NCBI GenBank assembly: GCA_019057795.1
Contig: JAHLWS010000036.1
Location: 1 to 40,035, forward strand
Direction: 5' to 3'
DNA from: Promethearchaeota archaeon
GTDB lineage: Archaea > Asgardarchaeota > Lokiarchaeia > Sigyniarchaeales > SOKP01
Length of the DNA: 40,035 nt
Shown here in pieces: positions 9,401-16,479 of the stretch (the stretch's first letter is position 1; each line of letters opens with the position of its first letter). The position numbers were made by a program, and so were the translations under genes. The notes beneath the pieces were generated by a model, which searched no databases, had not been told where the DNA came from, and saw only the letters and a list, made by a program, of their open reading frames with translations.

Positions 9401-12037
9401 GATGGTACTGGCAAACCGATAACGCAAGCCGATTGGTCAATAGTTAACAATTCCGACGGTTTTGTTGCTCATCTTGAAAATTTAGGAGAGGGAAATTATA
9501 CTATGCATTTAAACACTTCGTTTGTAACTGTAAGCGGTTCCTTTCAATTGTTTGAGTTCAACATATCTTCAATCGGAAATGAAACACAAATTATCACATT
9601 GCAAGTAGACATTCAAATTATCCACACTCAACTTCAAGATGTAGCTTGGAATTCTTTAATAGCAAGAAATTCAGGGTTAAATCAAACAGTCAATTTTTAC
9701 TTTAATGATACTACAAATAATCAGCCGATTCTTGATTTAACAACTCTAAATGTCGATGTTAAAGACTTTGACACGGGTTTACTTTGGGACACGGGAGACT
9801 TTAATTGGAATTTAAATAATCCTTTAAACGATGGGAATTACGAGTTAGATGTTAGTACTAATAATTTGAATTCTGGATGGTACACATTGCAAATTGAGGT
9901 ATCGAAATTTCCGAACTATAATACAAGTATAATTTATACTCAATTTTATCTTAGAGGAAACTATACATCATTTAATATTAATTCTATTTCTGATCTTGGA
10001 GGCGAAGGGTTGCTAACTCCTGTAGGAAACAATTATTCCGCGTTTATCGAGAGAAATATATATGTAGCCTTTAATTTAACGGATAACGAGTTTAACAACG
10101 AATTAATTACTGGAGATGCAAATTCATATGTAATCACTTATTACGAAATTTCAAATGCGACAAATCAAGGAACTACAACACATACCTTAACTTTTGACGC
10201 TAACACGGATTCCTATAATGGATATTTAACTACTTCAAGTTTAACTGTAGGAACATATGCAGTAAATATAACTGTTATAAAAACTAATTACGAAAATTCC
10301 GTTTTTAGTTTTAATTTAACTGTAAAACCTAGATTCAATGTGAGAATCTCAGTAGTTGATCCACCAACCACAGTTACTGCGGGTGATTCTTTTTTCATAA
10401 CTCTTGAAGCCGAATACTACAATGGAACCGATTGGTTACCTTTAATCGGAACAAATATTATATTAACTCCTTATTTTAACGGTATATCCTCAACTCCAAT
10501 AACTATTGCTACTAATGGTACGGGAATAGCTATTTTTGAAATTACAATTAGAAACGATGCTATAAACATGACTCTTCTAGTAGAAATACAAGTCAGTTAT
10601 AATCATTTAGCTGACACATTACAAATTTCAGATATTAGCATTATTCCGCTCACACCTGGTTTTACTTTTGAAGAACTGCTCCCTTATATCATAATAATCG
10701 GAGCTGTTGTTGCTCTTGCTGGTGGTTCTTTAGCAGTTTATCGTGGTGTAGTAGTTCCCAAAAAGAGAGAAAAACAACGAATATTGACTGAAGTTAAGAC
10801 TATTTTCGACGACGCAATTAATTTAGAACATATTTTAGTATTATACAAAGGAACTGGAACCTGTATTTTCTTTAAGTCATACGGTTCAGAACAAATAGAT
10901 CCTGAATTAATAGGAGGATTTTTATCAGCGGTTTCTTCATTTGGAAAAGAAATGAAGACTCAAGAAGCATTAAATGAGATTTCTTACGGCGATAAAATGT
11001 TATTACTAGCTGATGGAGAATATATACGAGTCGCATTAGTTTTAGGAAAAAAAGCATCCTTAATTCTCCGTCGTCATTTAAAAGACTTCATAAATACCTT
11101 TGGAAAAATGTTTAAAGATGACTTACCAAATTGGAGAGGGCAACTTAATCCTTTTAGGAATGCAGGTCTTATTGTCGATGAAATTTTGAACACTTCAATT
11201 ATTCTACCGCATCAGATATCAGATGACTTTTCGAGTGTTAAGGAATTAAAGAATCCCCACGCACGGGATGTATTAAAGGTCGCACATAGCTGTTGTGAAG
11301 AAACAGATAGAAGTTTCGTATTTATTGCAACATTACTCAAGGAAACATCTGAAAGAACTAATAAAGATACAGCAGAAATTTTTATAGGAATTAAGGAATT
11401 ACGGGACAGGAAAATCTTAATCCCAATAGAAATCTCAGCAATCGAAGCTCAACCAGTTTCTCAGCAAGAAATAAATCTTATTAATCAAAAAGTTACTTCA
11501 CTAACCAATTTATCAAACGAGGAAAAGCAAAATTTAGTGAATTTCTTAGCCGAATTAGATGCAATAGAAAGAGAAGCTTACCTTTCTAGCTTGACTAAAC
11601 AACATGAAATCGTCTCTGCCCCAATTAAAACTACTATAGGAACTATTATAGTTGATAATAAGAAATCTGCTATAAAAGGGGTTAAGGAGTTAAGCAAACG
11701 AGCTAAAATTGCGAAAGGAAAGAAGAATTATCGAAAAACAATTGAATTATATCAAAGCGCCGCTATGTTGGCTTCAAACTGGGAATTATCAAGTGAATTC
11801 GTTCAAATAGAGGAGCTTATTCGAAAAACTAAGATTGAAGATTTAAGCGTGAAAAAGAAGGATTTAGAAAAAGAGGCAAAAGATGCTGTTATAAGTAAAA
11901 ATTACGCTGAAGCCAGCGCGAAGTATAAGCACGCGTCTAAAATCGCGTCAGAAATTTTCAAACTAGGCGCTAGTGATATGACAAAAGAAGTCAAGAGATT
12001 AACCAAAAAAGCAAATGAATACGAAAAATTAAAATAA
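6407..12037 (+). CDS. Giant membrane-anchored surface glycoprotein: beta-rich repeated ectodomain, single TM, cytoplasmic longin/roadblock-like and helical domains
   Basis: Basic plus hydrophobic N-terminus (start may be the ATG at 6410 or 6416). About 1400 aa rich in N/T/S/Y with many NxS/T sequons and ~104-aa repeats. TM PYIIIIGAVVALAGGSLAVY followed by PKKREK. About 430-aa charged cytoplasmic region. Confidence 0.8.
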   Translation: MMFMKNLNKKKRMITCSVLLFSLLSITIFTNFNFESLFYKDDANKDDFTNFPKTSDSLPSFKGTGNKVNITLHQSILNTSTISFSNLDNENTFQEPAPKFQGYNTSNINIDVDDINAPNKTILYEDQTSARIIDAVNSHYISFKARGVGYIENISIYLNRTAPLLTRLIVSLYNSELDGSIPKPLNLVYALPIVDLSVITGDSPHWHNMTNIGSLFNCSETYNDTFYLNIEEIGSGVDIEIYGELTSMGGDGSNDNYVLDSGENEFNIAGSLVDAAVEIDFVPLNNTPKPSQIGLEINNKSVNDVNFQKGKYIMTEGILKDLSGTIDFNVSADWWDVACNVSRVQINYTKTDLRADSSFEVLGNGQDVLWNVTKPGGLNYFDSRFNNYTINFTISSRWENIEVWNGGTNKTDDIKPNPLNNYKDIQVFNAGNGTHWFLNATSSNLLEDIKKYVGTMSAADNFNYTDLVRFNGTFSSSISDGSINLSVYSPLILNDHLNYTFINSSFISGDDIYFGDWDISEKVTKYGKFRILTQWNNGTDAGFFRDNITIFAETNLLIDQPSQNTTFNSSTIFNVTIIYNDTGQSLDISDGDIYYKINAGTYSSVNESVKYIGSGKYNITFDCNNTEFNYGLNTISIRANNTYYHNQTDTLYFFILGETSLIRSFPKTYNFDSGETFNVTLYFNDTVKNIGIDGADAVDIYVNDSDYTPLDFFDYGNGYYNLTVNCSDSIFNDYGSFDVKVDVNKTNYYNQTTSFVISITGETSLDVSVMPVRKFYYSTEIFNITAYFNDTARNQGINGATIDIDVDGSVYSPLSWFDYGNGYYNISVDCSDPIFSNYGSFQMRINATKLNYYKSVDSSFELIIGNTTLTRLSPPLNSPYVYGDSFNITIYYRDVVKDSGITGATIEYSIDGSSYKTDNIDPNGNGNYNITINVDDTDFGSIFGFRTIIINASKTNYNNVSIDYVFHRQINTTIEPDNFKNLGSVERGLNVSFRFNYSDGTGKPITQADWSIVNNSDGFVAHLENLGEGNYTMHLNTSFVTVSGSFQLFEFNISSIGNETQIITLQVDIQIIHTQLQDVAWNSLIARNSGLNQTVNFYFNDTTNNQPILDLTTLNVDVKDFDTGLLWDTGDFNWNLNNPLNDGNYELDVSTNNLNSGWYTLQIEVSKFPNYNTSIIYTQFYLRGNYTSFNINSISDLGGEGLLTPVGNNYSAFIERNIYVAFNLTDNEFNNELITGDANSYVITYYEISNATNQGTTTHTLTFDANTDSYNGYLTTSSLTVGTYAVNITVIKTNYENSVFSFNLTVKPRFNVRISVVDPPTTVTAGDSFFITLEAEYYNGTDWLPLIGTNIILTPYFNGISSTPITIATNGTGIAIFEITIRNDAINMTLLVEIQVSYNHLADTLQISDISIIPLTPGFTFEELLPYIIIIGAVVALAGGSLAVYRGVVVPKKREKQRILTEVKTIFDDAINLEHILVLYKGTGTCIFFKSYGSEQIDPELIGGFLSAVSSFGKEMKTQEALNEISYGDKMLLLADGEYIRVALVLGKKASLILRRHLKDFINTFGKMFKDDLPNWRGQLNPFRNAGLIVDEILNTSIILPHQISDDFSSVKELKNPHARDVLKVAHSCCEETDRSFVFIATLLKETSERTNKDTAEIFIGIKELRDRKILIPIEISAIEAQPVSQQEINLINQKVTSLTNLSNEEKQNLVNFLAELDAIEREAYLSSLTKQHEIVSAPIKTTIGTIIVDNKKSAIKGVKELSKRAKIAKGKKNYRKTIELYQSAAMLASNWELSSEFVQIEELIRKTKIEDLSVKKKDLEKEAKDAVISKNYAEASAKYKHASKIASEIFKLGASDMTKEVKRLTKKANEYEKLK
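8050..10660 (+). repeat. Approximately 7-8 degenerate ~104-aa Ig-like repeats within the large protein
   Basis: Recurring FN(V/I)TxxxNDT ... GNGxYNIT ... NKTNY pattern starting near 8122, 8435, 8750, 9062, 9371 and 9680, with weaker copies further on. Confidence 0.7.
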
Positions 12038-12111
12038 ATTTTATTTTTATTATTCTTTTATTTTCTATTTTTTTTACATTAGTATTTTAAAAAAGAGATT
12101 TATTAAATGGT

Positions 12112-13362
12112 TTAATCGGTAATTCCATTTTCTGTTATTGAGAATACAGCTTCTCCTTCGGGTAGATGAGGCGCATCAATCATTTTCGCTACTCTCTGCT
12201 CGCCTTTACCTTTTCTTAAATATACTCTAATTGTTGATCCATGAGCAACTATATTCCCTCCTGTCGCGACTGTTGGGTTTCCATAAAAAACATCAGGTTT
12301 TGATTGAACTTGATTTGTTACAATGACACATAACTCGGGGAAAATATCTGTTAAACGTAATAAATCGTGTAAGTGGGCATTAATAGTTTGTTGTCTGGTT
12401 GCTAACGTACCTCTACCTATATATTCGCTTCGAAAATGTCCAATTAAAGAATCAACTATTATTAGTTTAATGTTTTTCTCTTTAATAAGATTAGCAGCTT
12501 CTTTTATTAGGAGAATTTGATGATCAGAATTGTAAGCACGACCAAATATTATGTTTTTCAAAATCTTTTTGTAATCTAAATCAAGTCCTTCAGACATCTG
12601 TACTATTCTTTCAGGTCTAAATGTTCCTTCAGTGTCTATATACAATGCATTTCCATTGAGACCCCCATCTTCGTAGGGTAATTGAACATTTACACAGAGT
12701 TGGTGCGCTATTTGGGTTTTTCCGGTCCTAAATTCGCCAAAAAACTCAACAACGCATCCAGTTTCAATTCCACCTCCAAAAAGATCGTCGAGTTCTTGAC
12801 TACCTGTCGTAATTCTCGAAATATTTTTTCTGTACTCCCATACATCTTCAGCAGACTTGAAGCCGATTTTTAACTGGGCCATACTAGCTTTAACTAATTT
12901 AGCGGTTGTTTTATCTCCGAGCCCAGATTCATTTTGAATTATCTTTGGGGGCGTATAAGCGATGGACTCAAGGCTACTAAATCCAGCCTTAATTAGTTTT
13001 TTAAGCGTAGCTTCACCTACCCCAGGAAGCTTTTTAATAGCTTCTACACACATATTTGCGTCATTGATTATAACTTCATTACTATCTGAATCTAATTCTT
13101 CTTCTTCCATTTCATTTAATTCGATAATATCATCTTCATCTTCCTCTAAATCTTCAAAAATTTCTTCTACTTCAGATTCAAGTTCTTTTTCATTGCTTTC
13201 AGATTTTTCTTCGATTTCGTTTTTATCTATTTCGAACCGGGCAAATTTTAAATGGTCCTTGTAAATTTTGCCTTTAGTATGGTTTCTTTTACATTCTTTA
13301 CAGAAATAAGGCTCTCCATTCCCAGATTGGCCTCCATTATTAATTTCACTTGCTTTAGCCAT
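12112..13362 (-). CDS. radA: DNA repair and recombination protein RadA with N-terminal extension
   Basis: HhH LPGVG, FxxA polymerisation motif (FKSA), Walker [21 protein letters not shown], Walker [24 protein letters not shown]. Confidence 0.96.
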   Translation of the reverse strand: MAKASEINNGGQSGNGEPYFCKECKRNHTKGKIYKDHLKFARFEIDKNEIEEKSESNEKELESEVEEIFEDLEEDEDDIIELNEMEEEELDSDSNEVIINDANMCVEAIKKLPGVGEATLKKLIKAGFSSLESIAYTPPKIIQNESGLGDKTTAKLVKASMAQLKIGFKSAEDVWEYRKNISRITTGSQELDDLFGGGIETGCVVEFFGEFRTGKTQIAHQLCVNVQLPYEDGGLNGNALYIDTEGTFRPERIVQMSEGLDLDYKKILKNIIFGRAYNSDHQILLIKEAANLIKEKNIKLIIVDSLIGHFRSEYIGRGTLATRQQTINAHLHDLLRLTDIFPELCVIVTNQVQSKPDVFYGNPTVATGGNIVAHGSTIRVYLRKGKGEQRVAKMIDAPHLPEGEAVFSITENGITD

Positions 13363-13675
13363 TACAAATCACAATTTATTAAAATTTAGTGTAATTTTTA
13401 TAGTTCTTAATGATTATTTTATAAATATTATAAAAGCTATTTTAAAGAAAATAGACCTCGAATTTTTCAATTTTTAGATGTATTAATTCTTTAATAATTG
13501 ACTATATCACAAGTCATATTTAGAAAAAAATATATTGTTTCAACTGTTTGTTTAAACTTTATAAATTATTATAAAATTCTATAAAAAAGCAAAATTCCAC
13601 GCTCTCTTGGATTTTAAATGTTTATTTAAATACATTTATTTTAAATAAAAATCAGATAAAAAAAACATTTTCCTC

Positions 13676-15196
13676 ATGCTAACGACAGTCAAGTTCCGCT
13701 TACAGCCAACTCCTTCACAGGAGCAAAAACTACACGAAATCTTTGCCATCTACAATAGAGTTAAACGAGCGGGATATAAACTCTATTTTACATTAAAAGA
13801 CATGGATCTTACTAAAACGGAACAAAGAAAGCTCGTTCAGCCCCGTTTAATGGAACTCTGTCAGAATAATCCCTACGTAAATAGCATCCTAATCGACTGT
13901 GAGACTAAGTTAGCCCAGCAACAAACATGGTACGAAAAACGCGAGAAATATCTAAAACTTCAAATAACTACGATTATTAAGATGGTTGAACAAATAAAGC
14001 AAAAAGATAAGAGAGATAGGCGATTAAGAGGGCTTTACTCCCATTTATCGTCTGTTCAGAATAAATTACTCGCTTTAAGACCTAAACCGGTCGTATTTGG
14101 CACGAAACAGTTATTTCGAGAGAGGATACTCGGTAAAATTAGCAGGGACGAGTTTAGAATTAGAAGGGACTCTTCTTTTTGTTGCGTGGGTAAAAGGCAA
14201 GGAATTAATCTGAATTTAAAAATCCTTCCTGACGCGACTCTTAGGGTTCGCATGTTTTCTAAGGAAAAAGGGAAGAAATGGTTAATAATTCCGTTTACTG
14301 CGAATTACAAGCAAGAGAAATGGTTTATAGAAATACTCGGTTTGGAATTATATCAAGTAGAAGTCGTGAGACGCTTTATAAAGGGTAGAGTACGATATTT
14401 CGCTCACATTTCTTACGAAATCCCCGAAACAGAAATGCGTTATGGCTTTGAACGCGGAGCTGTAGGGCTAGACATGAATTATAATTTTGTTTCTCTCTAT
14501 AACATTGACGAAAAAGGTAATTTCAAGAGTTATCACGAAATTAAGTTTAGAAACTTGCATTCATATCGTAAAAACAAGAGTACAGATTATATTAGTTATA
14601 AGATGGATAAGGTGGTTAACTATTGCGTTAATAAAAGGAAGGGACTGGTGATTGAAGACCTTTCCTTTGACCAAGAATTTTCTTATGGTAAAAAACGCAA
14701 TCGAAAATTAAGTAATTTTAAAACTTCAGCATTAACTTTATTAGAAAGAAAGTGCCTTAAAAAAGGTGTTGCTGTTAGAAAGGTACACCCAGCATACACA
14801 TCTTTAATTGGCAAGTATAAATATTCACGCTCGCGTAATTTATCTACTCATGTATTAGCAAGTTACGTGATCGCTCGAAAAGGTCTTGGGTTTAAGGAAA
14901 AGATTCCAACCCTTTATAAGCGGTTGCTTGCACAAGTCGGGGACGCCATAAAGCCCCGTTTGAAACCAAGCAGTCCCTACTATAACTGGGCTAAACTCCA
15001 CGATTTTTTCAAGTACAGTGGGATAACTTCCTTCAAGACTTCCGAAGTAATGAGAAAAGCGCTACAAATGAAGTATGTCTTGAACTCGGTGACGAGCGCA
15101 CAGCCTGATAACCTTAGGGCTGGTCTTTCCTCCAAGGGAAAGGTTGATAATTGGCATAAATTTTGGAATTTTATAGAAATTACCAATATTTTATAA
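13676..15196 (+). CDS. tnpB: TnpB-related RuvC protein (IS200/IS605/IS607 accessory family), zinc-finger-less type
   Basis: N-terminal TVKFRLQPTPSQ; VVFG motif; RuvC-I VGLDMN; RuvC-II LVIEDL; VHPAYTS; RuvC-III region STHVLASYVIARKG. Confidence 0.85.
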   Translation: MLTTVKFRLQPTPSQEQKLHEIFAIYNRVKRAGYKLYFTLKDMDLTKTEQRKLVQPRLMELCQNNPYVNSILIDCETKLAQQQTWYEKREKYLKLQITTIIKMVEQIKQKDKRDRRLRGLYSHLSSVQNKLLALRPKPVVFGTKQLFRERILGKISRDEFRIRRDSSFCCVGKRQGINLNLKILPDATLRVRMFSKEKGKKWLIIPFTANYKQEKWFIEILGLELYQVEVVRRFIKGRVRYFAHISYEIPETEMRYGFERGAVGLDMNYNFVSLYNIDEKGNFKSYHEIKFRNLHSYRKNKSTDYISYKMDKVVNYCVNKRKGLVIEDLSFDQEFSYGKKRNRKLSNFKTSALTLLERKCLKKGVAVRKVHPAYTSLIGKYKYSRSRNLSTHVLASYVIARKGLGFKEKIPTLYKRLLAQVGDAIKPRLKPSSPYYNWAKLHDFFKYSGITSFKTSEVMRKALQMKYVLNSVTSAQPDNLRAGLSSKGKVDNWHKFWNFIEITNIL

Positions 15197-15213
15197 ATAA
15201 TTTGAAGGTTACC
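14920..15213 (+). ncRNA. Putative omegaRNA/reRNA scaffold overlapping the tnpB 3' end
   Basis: Locally GC-richer run of hairpins at 14922-14975, 15085-15096, 15101-15122 and 15124-15143. The location matches known TnpB omegaRNA loci. Confidence 0.5.
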
Positions 15214-15218
15214 TTATT

Positions 15219-15224
15219 AGGTGA
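15219..15224 (+). promoter_or_regulatory. Shine-Dalgarno AGGTGA for pgi
   Basis: AGGTGA ends 7 nt upstream of the ATG at 15232. Confidence 0.65.
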
Positions 15225-15231
15225 ATTAAAA

Positions 15232-16479
15232 ATGAGTTTAGGTTTAAATTTCGAATATTATCCAAAAATTAACGCCAATTTAATGGAAAAACTAATTTCA
15301 GTTTCTAAATCCAATAAACACAACTGGGATCCTCCATTCTTTACTGACACTGAATCGCATATAGACATGGGAGCAATTCACCAAGCGTCTAAAGAATTTA
15401 TGAGTGAGAAAATAAAGAACATTATAGTTTTAGGAACGGGGGGCTCAATTCAAACTTTACTCGCATTAAGACATTTATCTAAAAAGACTCTATATCCTAT
15501 TACAAGTTCTAGGGCTGTAGAATTAAAACGGTGCCTTGACACAACAGATCCTGAAAATTCGGTTGTAATTCCGATCTCTAGAGGGGGCGAAACTTTAGAT
15601 GTAAACTCTACTATAGGAATTTTCTTAAAAAATAATTACAATTTTCTAGGGCTCTCTTCAAAGGGAACGATGCGTCAAATATTAGAAAAAATAGGGTGTC
15701 CCATTCTGGAGGTTCCTGATATCTCTGGCCGTTTTGCGGGATCCATCTCAAATGTTGGAATTGTCCCAGCTTTTCTGTTAGGAGTTAATATCGTAGATTT
15801 TTTAAAAGGATTAAACGATGCTTATAAAGAATTTATGGGTTTTGACGATAACCTAGCTTTCCGTTTTTCAGCATTTCTTTATAATTTGTACAAAAAAGGC
15901 TACAAAACTGTATTTTCTATGCCATATACTCTGAATCTTGAAGGAAGTGTAGGATTATTCGTGCAAGAAACATCAGAAAGTACTGGAAAGAACGAAAAAG
16001 GACTAATTGGCGCTTATCAATCGGCTCCACTGTGCCAGCATTCAGTTTTAGAATATTTATTAGGTGGAACTAAGGGCGCTGTAGTCCCGGTATTGTGGAC
16101 CATAAAAAACGAATTCCCAGATTTTAACTTAGATTCCTCAATAGAATTTGTAAACGGTCAAACTGCCCAAACCATAGTAAATTATCAAGCAGACGCTACT
16201 TTTCAAGCCCTAATAGAACAAGGAGTTCCGTCAGCTAAAATCTCAATTGAACGCTCTGACGAATATAATATAGGCAATCTAATCGCTTTTATTCAATCGA
16301 CAGTCTATTATTTATGTTTATTATTAGATGTAAACTGGTCAAACAATCCGAAAGTAGTTATAGGAAAAAAAATTGGTATCGAAGCCTTAAAAAATAGAAT
16401 TCCCCTTGAAGAAAGAGAAAAAATCAGAAAAGAACTGGCCGAACATAAATTTCATCGAGATTTTTTTGGAATTAATTAA
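15232..16479 (+). CDS. pgi: Glucose-6-phosphate isomerase (PGI superfamily, divergent)
   Basis: GTGGS, ISRGGET, ISGRF, QETSESTGK, QHS and NPKVVIGK. Start moved from 15163 to the SD-supported ATG at 15232. Confidence 0.8.
   Translation: MSLGLNFEYYPKINANLMEKLISVSKSNKHNWDPPFFTDTESHIDMGAIHQASKEFMSEKIKNIIVLGTGGSIQTLLALRHLSKKTLYPITSSRAVELKRCLDTTDPENSVVIPISRGGETLDVNSTIGIFLKNNYNFLGLSSKGTMRQILEKIGCPILEVPDISGRFAGSISNVGIVPAFLLGVNIVDFLKGLNDAYKEFMGFDDNLAFRFSAFLYNLYKKGYKTVFSMPYTLNLEGSVGLFVQETSESTGKNEKGLIGAYQSAPLCQHSVLEYLLGGTKGAVVPVLWTIKNEFPDFNLDSSIEFVNGQTAQTIVNYQADATFQALIEQGVPSAKISIERSDEYNIGNLIAFIQSTVYYLCLLLDVNWSNNPKVVIGKKIGIEALKNRIPLEEREKIRKELAEHKFHRDFFGIN

Larger units (their letters stand above)
13590..15213 (+). 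mobile_element. Non-autonomous tnpB-only insertion element (ends approximate)
   Basis: tnpB with no adjacent transposase. Imperfect hairpins upstream (13591-13614, 13615-13638). Only 35 nt separate the tnpB stop from the probable pgi start. Confidence 0.5.

Noticed and set aside
13363-13675. Possible CRISPR array beside the TnpB/Cas12f-like gene
   Set aside because: No regularly spaced direct repeats are visible on either side, and no cas1/cas2 is present.
15163-15231. ORF-track N-terminal extension of pgi overlapping tnpB
   Set aside because: An SD-supported ATG lies at 15232; the extension is just open frame.
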